A stretch of DNA of 64,000 bases, from NCBI GenBank assembly GCA_041649315.1, contig JBAZNJ010000001.1, forward strand, positions 69,869-133,868. The letters are read 5' to 3'. Below, piece by piece: positions 1 to 9,460 of this stretch. Every line of letters starts with the position of its first letter. The stretch's first letter is position 1. The notes beneath the pieces are model-generated. The model had not been told where the DNA came from. It worked only from the letters and a program-made list of their open reading frames with translations, and searched no databases. The stretch is from Patescibacteria group bacterium (GTDB lineage: Bacteria; Patescibacteriota; Patescibacteriia; Patescibacteriales; UBA12465). The position numbers and the translations under genes were made by a program.

Positions 1-131
1 CCAAAAATAAAGTAAGCCGACGCGCCGGCGAGAATGAGTACGGCTATAATAATCAGAAACTTCTTCTTGAAGATTACGCCAAAAATCCCTCGTTTCGCTT
101 TCCGGCTCTCTTCTAATATTGATTGGGGCAT
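1..131 (-). CDS. hypothetical membrane-anchored protein, N-terminal fragment (gene runs off window start)
   Basis: ATG at 131-129 (minus). It reads MPQSILEESRKAKRGIFGVIFKKKFLIIIAVLILAGASAYFIF, a short polar head followed by one hydrophobic helix. The frame stays open to position 1. Confidence 0.4.
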   Translation of the reverse strand, partial: MPQSILEESRKAKRGIFGVIFKKKFLIIIAVLILAGASAYFIF

Positions 132-237
132 AAAGTTATCACAAAAAAATATACAAAATTATTTAAATTTCTCTAACTAATTGGAGCAAAACCATAATAA
201 TCAATTTCGTTAATTGATAAGAGTAAACTCCGCTGCT

Positions 238-936
238 TTAATTAATAAGAACGAACTCCGCGACCTTTCGATCAGTAATCTCCGGATTAAGCCAGATCGT
301 AATCATCTTATCGGCCGTAATATCACTAAGTGTCGCCTCGATCATTTCCCGGACACGGCCAGACGCGCGGTCGCCATTATTCGTATTGGCCGCCGTATCC
401 GACTTTAGCATCCGAATCCCGACCGGAATAACTATTTTCTCTTCACCGGTACTCATTTCCTGCAAGCGCGCCAACATCTGCGCCCGGGTCTCACTATCCG
501 CGGCCCCGCCGGCCATCATCCGACCGCCGCCCGCCGCCGGTCCGCCGCCAGGCATCATCCCGCCGGTCGGCCGTCCACCGCCACCGGTCGGGATTGCCCC
601 GGCCGCTCCGGTTAAGGAAACCGCGACCGCCGCTGACTCTTCTGAATCGCTTTTATCTTTAAAGCCACCTTCATTATCCTCGCCGTCTTCCGCATTTAAT
701 CCGTCCGGTCTCTGCCCGACTAAATCAAATTTTAAAATCGTCACTTCGTTACCTAAAACCGACTTTACTAGGCCGCGGAAGTCCGCTTCCCGTTCCGGCT
801 GGCCGAAATCCGGCCGACGCATTTCTCCGGACGGTTGATTCTGACCGCCAAGGTCACCTTTCCCTATTCGAGCGCAGGCGCTAAAAAACACTAAAACGAC
901 GAAAAGAGCCATAAAAACAAGCAAAATTCGCTTCAT
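238..936 (-). CDS. secreted/lipoprotein-like protein with Gly/Pro/Met-rich low-complexity core
   Basis: ORF 238..993. An internal Met gives MKRILLVFMALFVVLVFFSAC, a signal peptide with a possible lipobox (FSAC). The central region is GGGRPTGGMMPGGGPAAGGGRMMAGG. Confidence 0.55.
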   Translation of the reverse strand: MKRILLVFMALFVVLVFFSACARIGKGDLGGQNQPSGEMRRPDFGQPEREADFRGLVKSVLGNEVTILKFDLVGQRPDGLNAEDGEDNEGGFKDKSDSEESAAVAVSLTGAAGAIPTGGGGRPTGGMMPGGGPAAGGGRMMAGGAADSETRAQMLARLQEMSTGEEKIVIPVGIRMLKSDTAANTNNGDRASGRVREMIEATLSDITADKMITIWLNPEITDRKVAEFVLIN

Positions 937-1239
937 AATTTTATTATAAAAATTTAAAAATAAATCATGTTTTACATCGTCATATCTAAGCAAACTCTAA
1001 ATTAGCCACTATTTTATTTAATCACATCAAGCCCAAACTAATACATCCGAACATGCTAATGGCCTTAAAATTAATACGCTGGCGGAAGGGATTTTCTTCC
1101 AAAAATTACCTGTTTTCTTCTAAAAAACAAAAACAGCCCTGCGGAGCCGCCTTTGTTCTTTTAATAAATTAAATATTAAAATTCACTAAATTTTAATCCC
1201 TCTCTCTGGAATTGTTTAATCTATTTCTAAAATTTTATT

Positions 1240-1764
1240 TTATTCCTGAAGATTGGAATTCCCTGGACATCCGGACTTAGAGCCATGCCCCCGGCCCGGA
1301 CCAAAACCGAAGCCGTTTCCCAGGCCCTCAAGACCAAAACCATTCCCACGGCCTTCAAGACCAAGACCTTCCATTATACCGTCAGCCCGTTGTCTCAGCT
1401 GATGGGCTTCAACAAACTGAGAAAAATTTTCCGCCGTAATTTTATCGGCTAAGGGGCAATCTTCTCCAGCCGCCGCTAGCCAGGCCTGGTAATCTCCATT
1501 TTCCAAGGCCGCCTGGATAGCGCTTTGGCGCGCTTCCATTTCCGCCCGATGCGCTTCCATTTCCGTTTTCTGTTCTTCGGTCAATTCCGGCCTGGCCATT
1601 TTTTCCGTCTTTTCCAGCCGCGGCCCATCACCAAAACGCCCCCGTTTAAAAGATAAAGAATCACTAGAATTTTCCGTTGCCGCGCTAGCCGTGATTATTC
1701 CAACGCCAGCTAAAGCTAAAATTGATAAAACCACCGCGCTTTTAATAAATTTTGTTTTTTTCAT
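1240..1764 (-). CDS. secreted hypothetical protein with C-terminal GNGFG repeats
   Basis: ORF 1240..1839. An internal Met gives MKKTKFIKSAVVLSILALAGVGIITASA, a signal peptide. The C-terminus is GLGLEGRGNGFGLEGLGNGFGFGPGRGHG. Confidence 0.5.
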   Translation of the reverse strand: MKKTKFIKSAVVLSILALAGVGIITASAATENSSDSLSFKRGRFGDGPRLEKTEKMARPELTEEQKTEMEAHRAEMEARQSAIQAALENGDYQAWLAAAGEDCPLADKITAENFSQFVEAHQLRQRADGIMEGLGLEGRGNGFGLEGLGNGFGFGPGRGHGSKSGCPGNSNLQE

Positions 1765-1918
1765 AATTTTATGATTTCCATCCAGGCTCCCGGGCGTCCG
1801 GATAGAAAAATTAATTTTAAGGCTTGTCGCCAGAGCCACGGACTCTTTAGGCCTCTTAGAGTTTCGGACTCTCAGTGGGTCCCTCGCTTAGTATTACGCC
1901 GGAACAAAATTTTTTCTT

Positions 1919-2764
1919 CTAAAATTTTCTAAAATGACGCCCTTCCGGCAATCGTGGCGATCCGGAAAAATCCGGCGGCTGGCAATCGCCGGGCCGGCAA
2001 TCAAAACGTACCCCGGCCGGCGATCGCGGCCGAGTAAAAAATCCGTGCCCGGGCGCGCCGAGCGGACGGATAACTTTAGCTTGAAAATTATTTTTTCCGG
2101 AGACCTCGCCGATAATCTTCAAAGGCATGCCGACACCTATCTCCAGCATCATCAAACGGACTTCGCCAGCCTGCTCCATAAAAGCAACTTGCCATTCTTT
2201 ACCGGACGGATCAAGTAGAACTAAATTTCCGCCTTCTGTCGCATCAACCACTACGCCAGCCAAGCGGCCTTCCTCTGGCGCGGACCAAAAGTCAATCTGC
2301 GGATTAAAAATTTCACCATATAAAGGCATTCGCCGCCCTAAAACATCATCGATTATCCGTCCTAAACCGACTTTATAAAAAACCAGGCCTAGAAACAAAC
2401 AAGCCAAAAGCCCGCCGATAACCACAAATGTCAAAGGATAAAGGTAACCTTTTTTCGTATGCTTGAAATTATAATAGACAATAAAGACGAACAAGCCGAA
2501 AAAAACTAACCAAAAATATGGCAAAGTCAAAAAGAAAAATTCCCAAAAACCCTTGTCGGTCGAGGCGCGCAAGGCCCAGTCATTATGACGAAAAAGATAA
2601 AGAAAAACTGCTACGGCCATCGCGCCGAGCAAGAGCGCTAAGATGCCCGCTATCCATATTATCCAATTCTTTAGTAAAAAACGCCAACGCGGCTTTGGCG
2701 CCAAATGCTTTTCCTCAATCTTGTTGAGTAATTTTTGATTAAAATCTTTATTAATATTATCCAT
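1919..2764 (-). CDS. polytopic membrane protein, possible anti-sigma factor partner
   Basis: It lies 104 nt downstream of the ECF sigma gene on the same strand. It has a short cytoplasmic N-terminus, several hydrophobic helices and an extracytoplasmic C-terminal domain. The anti-sigma function is inferred from position only. Confidence 0.35.
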   Translation of the reverse strand: MDNINKDFNQKLLNKIEEKHLAPKPRWRFLLKNWIIWIAGILALLLGAMAVAVFLYLFRHNDWALRASTDKGFWEFFFLTLPYFWLVFFGLFVFIVYYNFKHTKKGYLYPLTFVVIGGLLACLFLGLVFYKVGLGRIIDDVLGRRMPLYGEIFNPQIDFWSAPEEGRLAGVVVDATEGGNLVLLDPSGKEWQVAFMEQAGEVRLMMLEIGVGMPLKIIGEVSGKNNFQAKVIRPLGAPGHGFFTRPRSPAGVRFDCRPGDCQPPDFSGSPRLPEGRHFRKF

Positions 2765-2867
2765 ATATTTATTATATTACATTTACCTTCTAAATCGCCG
2801 AAGCTGGCTGGCTGGATAGCTAATTAATTAACTAACCCATCACATCCGAGACAGCCATCGTCTTTAT

Positions 2868-3467
2868 CTAATCATGAAATTTCACGCCGCTCCTTTTTAG
2901 TTCCTGACGAAACTCAAGCTTGGCCTTACTAATGGTTGAAGCAACCGTACCAGCCGGCTTTTTTATAATATCAGCGATTTCTTCATAACTTTTTTCTTCT
3001 AAAAACCGCAACACCAAAACTTCACGAAATTTCGGCGCCAGATGGTCCAAAATTTTTAAAATATTTTCTTTTAAAATCGTTAAATCCGCGGATGCGGCGA
3101 TATCGATATCCGAAGCTAAGCGTCGGGCGGCGGCGTCATCAATATCGACCGCGTAGCCTTCGGGCCGCGCTTTTAAGCGGCGATGGCGGCTGATTACCTG
3201 GTTATGGGTAATCCGGTAAATCCAGGAAGAAAATTTTAAATCACGATCAAACTCATTTAAATTAAGATAAACCTTAATAAATATTTCCTGTAAAATATCT
3301 TCGGCATCCTCCGGGCTCGCCTTAGTCAAACGGCGGATATAAGCGGTCAAACGATTCTTATAACGATCAACCAAATACAAAAAATCGTCCCGATTCTTCA
3401 GGGCTAAATTGACCAATTCTTCATCGCTCTTTTCCGCGATATTTAGCGCGCGCTTTTCTTCCAGCAT
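2868..3467 (-). CDS. RNA polymerase sigma factor, ECF (sigma-70 family group 4)
   Basis: Region 2-like EDAEDILQEIFIKVYLNLNEFDRDLKFSSWIYRITHNQVISRHRR. Region 4-like REVLVLRFLEEKSYEEIADIIKKPAGTVASTISKAK. Confidence 0.85.
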   Translation of the reverse strand: MLEEKRALNIAEKSDEELVNLALKNRDDFLYLVDRYKNRLTAYIRRLTKASPEDAEDILQEIFIKVYLNLNEFDRDLKFSSWIYRITHNQVISRHRRLKARPEGYAVDIDDAAARRLASDIDIAASADLTILKENILKILDHLAPKFREVLVLRFLEEKSYEEIADIIKKPAGTVASTISKAKLEFRQELKRSGVKFHD

Positions 3468-3632
3468 ATCTTTATTATACCATTACCGGGTCAGATATAA
3501 TACGCCGGGGCAAAGGATTTTCTTCTCTTCCGCTTATAAAATCGGGTCAGCCGTCAGACAGTCAGACGACCGATTATCAAACGAGCAAACTCTTACTAGA
3601 TTAACGACTAATAAATTGCGCCGCGCTTAAAT

Positions 3633-3672
3633 AAAAAACCGCTTGCCTTTGATTAAACAAGCGGTTTTGTTG
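3633..3672 (-). terminator. rho-independent terminator (bidirectional hairpin) after the PurN-like gene
   Basis: The 9-bp stem aaccgcttg (3637-3645) pairs with caagcggtt (3658-3666). On the minus strand it is followed by a T-run. Confidence 0.6.
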
Positions 3673-3724
3673 ATCCAATCCGATTTTAAAATTAAATCAG
3701 AAAATCGGCTAGATCGGAATATTC

Positions 3725-4468
3725 TTAAAAATAATGCTCTGAAAAATTATTACCACCCCGGGGCGGAAATTTTTCCGCCAAAAATTTCTGACGATTTATT
3801 TCCAAAAGCTTCCGGGCGGCCATTTCTACGGCCTGGGGTAACATGATATGCTCGTACTCAAGAACATATTTTTGCAATTCTTCCGCCAACTCTTCGGGCA
3901 CTTCCGCGGTCGGAATATTAACCAAGGAACTGATAATACTGGCCGGGATCTCAATACCGGCCTTTAATAACGCTACTCCCTCATCATACTTTTCTCCAAC
4001 CTCATGGATTGTTGGAAAAGTATAAAAAGCGTCGCCAATGTTCTTCCGGCCGCGGCTTATCAGGTCTAAAATATTTTCTAAGACCCGCTTATGCGGCTCT
4101 AACCCATACATTCCCCGTCCGCCGGCGATTTCTAGATCAGCCGGGTGGATGTTGTATATCTTCGCTCCTTCAACCATCGGGATTTTAACCACGCAACCAA
4201 CTAAAAATATTAAATCTATTTCTAAGCGCCCGCAAATATTTCGAAAGCCCAGTTCAAATTCCGACCGGCTGATTTTCTGGCAATCAAGGATTATTTCCGG
4301 AATCTTGAAAACTCTGGCTTTTTCCAAACATCCTGCGCCTTCGCGGGTACTGACTAAACCCCTGATTTCAACGTCCGGTAAACGGTTAATCGCGGCCGCG
4401 CGCATTATAGCATTCGCGTCACTTCCGGTTCCCGAAGCGACCAATAATAAATTTACTTTTGTTTTCAT
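3725..4468 (-). CDS. formyltransferase-fold protein (PurN-like)
   Basis: N-terminal LLLVASGTGSDANAIMRA, then IDLIFLVGCVVKIP and KIYNIHPADL. This matches the formyl_trans_N pattern (SGsGsN ... NIHPSLLP). Confidence 0.55.
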   Translation of the reverse strand: MKTKVNLLLVASGTGSDANAIMRAAAINRLPDVEIRGLVSTREGAGCLEKARVFKIPEIILDCQKISRSEFELGFRNICGRLEIDLIFLVGCVVKIPMVEGAKIYNIHPADLEIAGGRGMYGLEPHKRVLENILDLISRGRKNIGDAFYTFPTIHEVGEKYDEGVALLKAGIEIPASIISSLVNIPTAEVPEELAEELQKYVLEYEHIMLPQAVEMAARKLLEINRQKFLAEKFPPRGGNNFSEHYF

Positions 4469-4693
4469 TATTCTTTTATTTAAATGTTAAAGATCATGTA
4501 TTTATTCCCGATTAACACGGAAAAATATCATCAAACCTTAGCATCTTCGAGCTATCTCGTCAAGACACAATATTGTGCCATTTTGTTAGCCAAGCCATAA
4601 TGTTGTGCTATATTGTTATATTAAAACCAATTTAACCGATTCAAAAAACCGGAACCCTAGCTAAGGATTCCGGCCACTAACTCATTATACCTA

Positions 4694-6127
4694 TTACCCG
4701 AACATCAACCAAGCCGGCTTGAAAATAAGCAATAAACCAATAAGCAACATCAATAAACCGCCGACTAAACGCGCCGCCCGGACATATTTCGTAGTTACTC
4801 CAGTTATCTCTAAAGTAATCATGGCAACGAGGAATATTAAAAGATCATCAAGCATGAAGAAAAAGATATAACCGGAAATATAAAGATAATAGCGCCAAGT
4901 CGGCATATCGCTTAATACTAAAACCTGCGTATAAACCGCCGGTAAGCCAGCCGAACAGACAAGCTCGACTAAATTAACCACAAAAGCTAAAATAATTATT
5001 CCGCCGAGCGCCAACCAAAAGCTATTTTGATGCACGGCCAGTTTAAGCCGCTCCATAGTCCGGTGCTTCCGTTCTTCGTCGCCGACTTTGCAAGCCGCGT
5101 CTTTATTAGTAAAAAATTCTTTTAAGCTATAGCCGCCGCCGCCGAGCGCCAAGAGACCGATTAAAATCCGCACCCAGAATATAAAACCTAAGAATAAAAT
5201 TAAATTCAGCCAGGCGGCCATGAATAAGAAATAAACCGCGGCTGAAGCGACGATAAAAGCGATTCCTAAGATCCACATCCGCTTCCGATCTTTCATGCCC
5301 AGGAGTAAGCTGATTAAAAACAATAAAGCCCACATCGCGCAAGGATTAAAACCGTCAAGCACGCCCATAGCGACAGTCAATAGGGGTAAAGAAAAACTTA
5401 AAGCGTCAACCTCGCCCAAAAGCGGCAATTTAATTATTTTCTTCTCTTGCTCCACTTTTTTACTAGTCTCATCGGCCGCGCTAGGCGCTAAAGTCATAAC
5501 ATCGGCCTCCGTCAAATCTATAGCTGTTTGGGACGATTCATCCGATTCTGCCGGATCGCTTGAGTTAATCGGCTCAACCGGTCTGGTCGGCTCGGTAATT
5601 ACTGCCGGTTCATCCGGTGCGACCGGAGCTACAACCGGCTCTTCCTCAACAATACCAGAATTAACCCCAGCTAAAGCCGCGACTAAATCCGGACAAATAC
5701 TGGTAGAACATTCGGCCACACGTTTTTCAATCGCCACCGAAGTCATCCCATTAGCATAACCAATAAAAGCTTCATCGCCGATAGTTAAGAACGGCACGCC
5801 GTCCACGCGCGCATCCAATTCCTTTCCGATTTTTTGCAAAAGCAAAGCATTAGCCCGATTATTATAAATTTCGTAAGTATAAATTTTTAAATTCGGATAT
5901 TCTTCTGATAAAGATCCAAACAAAAATTCTTCTTCCTCGGCGCAATGCGGGCAACCGTCGCCATAAAAAAAATAGGCATTTAGGGTTTCCGTCGATGGAG
6001 CCAGGCCCCCAGTTTGTGCGGCCGTGGCCTTGACTGGCAAAAACCCAACCATAAAAAATAGCCCTAGCAAAAAAATTCCGCCGATTATTTTTTTAATATT
6101 AATTATTTTTTTTATCTTTAAAAACAT
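4694..6127 (-). CDS. thioredoxin-like domain fused to DsbD/CcdA-type thiol:disulfide transmembrane domain
   Basis: Signal/TM segment, then the CPHC redox motif (FFYGDGCPHCAEEE) and a Pro/Glu-rich linker. The polytopic C-terminal half contains GFNPCAMWALLFL, as in DsbD/CcdA. Confidence 0.7.
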   Translation of the reverse strand: MFLKIKKIINIKKIIGGIFLLGLFFMVGFLPVKATAAQTGGLAPSTETLNAYFFYGDGCPHCAEEEEFLFGSLSEEYPNLKIYTYEIYNNRANALLLQKIGKELDARVDGVPFLTIGDEAFIGYANGMTSVAIEKRVAECSTSICPDLVAALAGVNSGIVEEEPVVAPVAPDEPAVITEPTRPVEPINSSDPAESDESSQTAIDLTEADVMTLAPSAADETSKKVEQEKKIIKLPLLGEVDALSFSLPLLTVAMGVLDGFNPCAMWALLFLISLLLGMKDRKRMWILGIAFIVASAAVYFLFMAAWLNLILFLGFIFWVRILIGLLALGGGGYSLKEFFTNKDAACKVGDEERKHRTMERLKLAVHQNSFWLALGGIIILAFVVNLVELVCSAGLPAVYTQVLVLSDMPTWRYYLYISGYIFFFMLDDLLIFLVAMITLEITGVTTKYVRAARLVGGLLMLLIGLLLIFKPAWLMFG

Positions 6128-6153
6128 ATTCGTTATAATTAATTCTTACTGAT

Positions 6154-6444
6154 TTATTCTATGGATTTATTTTTTAAAATCTTTATTGCCTTGCCTTCAG
6201 TCAAAGCCGAGGCGATCTTTTCGGAAGCAGCATAAAGAATCCGCTGATAAGTACTCGGCGATGTCGCCATTTTTTTGGCCGCCGTTCGCTGATCAAGGTC
6301 TTTCAAGTGCCGTAAGCGATAGGCCTCTACTTCTTCCGCTGTTAATTCAACTACCTCAAGATTCCGCAAAGGCACTCCTTGCGGCTTGAAATAAGTAATA
6401 TTCGGATTAAAGCCGACTTTCCGGCATAACCTTGGCCTAGGCAT
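6154..6444 (-). CDS. DUF134 (UPF0251) family predicted DNA-binding protein
   Basis: MPRPRLCRKVGFNPNITYFKPQGVP ... LTAEEVEAYRLRHLKDLDQRTAAKKMATSPSTYQRIL is the characteristic DUF134 start plus an HTH. Confidence 0.8.
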   Translation of the reverse strand: MPRPRLCRKVGFNPNITYFKPQGVPLRNLEVVELTAEEVEAYRLRHLKDLDQRTAAKKMATSPSTYQRILYAASEKIASALTEGKAIKILKNKSIE

Positions 6445-6646
6445 AATTATTGAAAAATTATAACAAATTTTTTATTCTTTGTCTAAAACTTTTTATCTAA
6501 AATACTCTGTCTAAAGACGCTATATTCGCTTTTCGCTTATCGAAATTCAGTAGCAATCTTAATCGTCTAAATGTCTAAATGCTTAAATACTAAAAAAGGC
6601 CGCTTCCCGGCCCCTTTTTTAAAAAGAGGCCGGCCGACGCGCCTTC

Positions 6647-6904
6647 TTATTTCTTCTCTTTCAAAGACGCTCTTTCCGCTTTAATCGCTTCTAACTCCTC
6701 TGAAAGCATCTTTTCCTCATCCTCTAAAGATAGGGGCTGGCCTCCGAAAAAACGACCACCACGGCCGCAACCTCGTCCGCATCCGCGTCCTAAACCGCGT
6801 CCACGGCTAGAACTAGCGGATTTTTGCGCACCAGCACAATTTCCTAAGCCCCGGCCGGTCATCGGGCCCTGTCCTAAGGGGCCGGTACCATTCATTCTTG
6901 GCAT
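6647..6904 (-). CDS. DUF5320 family protein
   Basis: MPRMNGTGPLGQGPMTGRGLGNC ... with a C-terminal coiled coil (LEDEEKMLSEELEAIKAERASLKEKK). This family is typically a neighbour of DUF134. Confidence 0.7.
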   Translation of the reverse strand: MPRMNGTGPLGQGPMTGRGLGNCAGAQKSASSSRGRGLGRGCGRGCGRGGRFFGGQPLSLEDEEKMLSEELEAIKAERASLKEKK

Positions 6905-7065
6905 ATATTTATTGTTTTACTTTTATAATAGGCGATCCGACCTTTATTTGGTCGCCTATTATGAGTATATACCCATAATAAATAAAAGTCAAGCCCCGGC
7001 AGAGCCAGGGCTTAAAAACGATATTTACGTGATTTGTTTGATCGATCTAAATTAATCAATCTTAA

Positions 7066-8589
7066 CTATTTAATCTTAATCAGATTTTTCCCGCTCATCT
7101 CTCGCGGCGCCTCAAGTCCGATTACCTCTAAAATCGTCGGCGCGATATCTTTCAACCCGCCACCTTTCATAATTTTAGCTTTTTTTAATTTCTTATTATT
7201 AGAAACAATGATAATTGGCACCGGATTGGTCGTATGGCTTGTCGCCGTGGCCGGATTCTTGTCTTCAGCATTGCCATGATCAGCGATAAGCAAACAGGTA
7301 TAATCATTATTCAAAGCCGCCCGGACAATTTTCCCCTGCGCTTTATCAACCGCTTCAACCGCTTTAATAATCGCCTTGGCCTTAGCGGTATGACCAACCA
7401 TATCGCAATTAACCAGATTAACAATAATTAAATCATAGCGTTGCCGACCGATTTCTTTAACTAATCGGCACGCGATCTTGCCAGCGCTCATTTCCGGCTG
7501 ATAATCATAAGTCGGAACTTTTGGCGAAGGAATCAAAATCCGCTCTTCACCCGGGTTTGCTTTTTCAGTCTGACCGTTAAAGAAAAAAGTCACATGGGCA
7601 TATTTTTCCGTTTCACTGATCCGTAATTGTTTCAAGCCGGCGCGGCTCACGACTTCACCTAATAAATTTTTAAGCGGCGCGTCTGAAAAAGCGACTTGGG
7701 CCGGAAAAGGACGGTAATATTGGGTCATGGCCGTAAAATTTATCGGTATAAATTTCCGTTTAAAGCCGGTAAATTTCTTTTCAATTATCGCCTGCGTTAA
7801 TTGGCGCGGCCGATCAGTTCGGAAGTTGAAAAAAATCACGCTGTCTTTTGGCTTAAAACCAGAGTGACCAGAGATCCTGGTCGGCTTAATAAACTCATCG
7901 GTCTTCCCGCTTTGATAACTATCTTTAACCGCGGCTAAAGCATCGGAAAATTCCGGCCCGCGGCCAAGAGCGATGCAATCATAAGCAAGTTTAGTCCGCG
8001 CCCAACGCTTGTCCCGATCCATGGCGTAATAACGGCCGCTAAGCGTCGCGATTTTTCCTAAGCCGAGCGCTTTCATTTTCTTTTTTAAAGCGACAATATG
8101 CTTCAAACTCTCTTTAACCGGCGCGTCGCGGCCATCGGTAATTACATGGATTAAAACCTCTTTAAAATTTTTCTTTTTACATAAATCCAAAAGCGCGAAA
8201 AGATGACTGATATGAGCATGGACACCTTGCGTCTGGAGTAAACCGATTAAATGGAGCTTGCTTTTATTTTTCTTAGCTTTTTCAATCGCCGCAACCAAGG
8301 CCTTATTCCGAAAAAAACTCTTGTCGGCAATCGCCCGATTAATTTTAGTCATTGATTGAAGAATAATCCGACCGGAACCGAGCGTTAAATGGCCGACTTC
8401 GGAATTTCCCTGGAAACCCTTATCTAAACCAACCGCTTCCCCGCTGGCCGCCAAAAGGCCAGACGGATAATTTTTAACATAAAAATCATTATGCGGTGTC
8501 CGGGCACGCTTGATAAAATTATTTTTACTTTTCGGATTATAGCCCCAGCCGTCGCGGATGATTAAAATGACAGGATTCTCTGTTTTCAT
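7066..8589 (-). CDS. gpmI: 2,3-bisphosphoglycerate-independent phosphoglycerate mutase
   Basis: Full-length (507 aa) with all iPGM signature motifs: IIRDGWG, GNSEVGHLTLGSGR, NLVNCDMVGHT, ADHGNAE and SHTTNPVP. Confidence 0.93.
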   Translation of the reverse strand: MKTENPVILIIRDGWGYNPKSKNNFIKRARTPHNDFYVKNYPSGLLAASGEAVGLDKGFQGNSEVGHLTLGSGRIILQSMTKINRAIADKSFFRNKALVAAIEKAKKNKSKLHLIGLLQTQGVHAHISHLFALLDLCKKKNFKEVLIHVITDGRDAPVKESLKHIVALKKKMKALGLGKIATLSGRYYAMDRDKRWARTKLAYDCIALGRGPEFSDALAAVKDSYQSGKTDEFIKPTRISGHSGFKPKDSVIFFNFRTDRPRQLTQAIIEKKFTGFKRKFIPINFTAMTQYYRPFPAQVAFSDAPLKNLLGEVVSRAGLKQLRISETEKYAHVTFFFNGQTEKANPGEERILIPSPKVPTYDYQPEMSAGKIACRLVKEIGRQRYDLIIVNLVNCDMVGHTAKAKAIIKAVEAVDKAQGKIVRAALNNDYTCLLIADHGNAEDKNPATATSHTTNPVPIIIVSNNKKLKKAKIMKGGGLKDIAPTILEVIGLEAPREMSGKNLIKIK

Positions 8590-8661
8590 ATTATAATTAT
8601 ATATTAATTTTATTTAACGAAATTTCAGCCGTCCGACGTCGCGTATTTAAAAACCACGGGC

Positions 8662-9012
8662 CTAAACTTGAAGAGCGCTCTTTGCCTGTCTCTTATACCC
8701 GTCTATTAAATATAAAACTCCCGGAATAAACGGAACGGCCAAATTGATGCTAAGATTCGCTTCCGTTAAAAGCCCGACAACAAAACCGATCATAATCGAA
8801 ACAATTATAAGCCATCCTCCAACTTTAGGATATTTCCAGCCAAGAAGTAAGCCAATAAAAACTAAGGGTATCATGGCGAGCGCGGAATTTTCCCATAATG
8901 AATAATCCGGATTAGTAAACGGCAAAGGATTGCCATAACCGAAATAAAAAGGCAAAGCGAAAATTAAAATGCCTAATGCTAATATTCTGGCGGTCCATTT
9001 GATTATTTTCAT
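8662..9012 (-). CDS. small polytopic membrane protein, hypothetical
   Basis: A 116-aa ORF with about four hydrophobic helices. Confidence 0.5.
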   Translation of the reverse strand: MKIIKWTARILALGILIFALPFYFGYGNPLPFTNPDYSLWENSALAMIPLVFIGLLLGWKYPKVGGWLIIVSIMIGFVVGLLTEANLSINLAVPFIPGVLYLIDGYKRQAKSALQV

Positions 9013-9156
9013 ATGGATTATAAGATTAATTTAATTAACTTAATAAGGATATCTAGAATAGCCGCCATCTGAAATATTCGCCTAAAGCGCAATTTTTACT
9101 TAATATCTATTTTAATTATACCAAAAAATCGCTCAAAGAGCGATTTTGATTCAGTG

Positions 9157-9243
9157 CGGAGAGGGTGGGATTTGAACCCACGGTTGGCTTGCACCAACGA
9201 CAGTTTTCAAGACTGTTCCATTAAACCGCTCTGGCACCTCTCC
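9157..9243 (-). tRNA. tRNA-Ser (anticodon UGA)
   Basis: The reverse complement reads GGAGAGGTGCCAGAGCGG ... ACAGT-CTTGAAA-ACTGT, then a long variable arm, GTGGGTTCAAATCCCAC and CCTCTCC-G. No CCA is encoded. A terminator hairpin follows at 9124-9147. Confidence 0.9.
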
Positions 9244-9460
9244 TTATTTTCCTAAAAACTTTAACACAAAAACTTCTTGAAAACAAGCCCAAAACTAAGC
9301 TAAACGCAAAAATTAAAATTAAACAAGTAAACATAAAACAAACAATAAAAACCGCACTAATAATAAAAAACCCGCCTTATTTATAGCGGGTTTAAGCCGG
9401 ATTTCCGGCAAATATTTTCTGAGAAGTCGACTTTTTTGATTTTATGTCAAAGAACGTGGG

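Noticed and set aside
386-838. 150-aa Pro-rich plus-strand ORF
   Set aside because: It is the antisense shadow of the Gly-rich low-complexity region of the minus-strand lipoprotein-like gene (GGN codons read as NCC = Pro). It has no independent start context.
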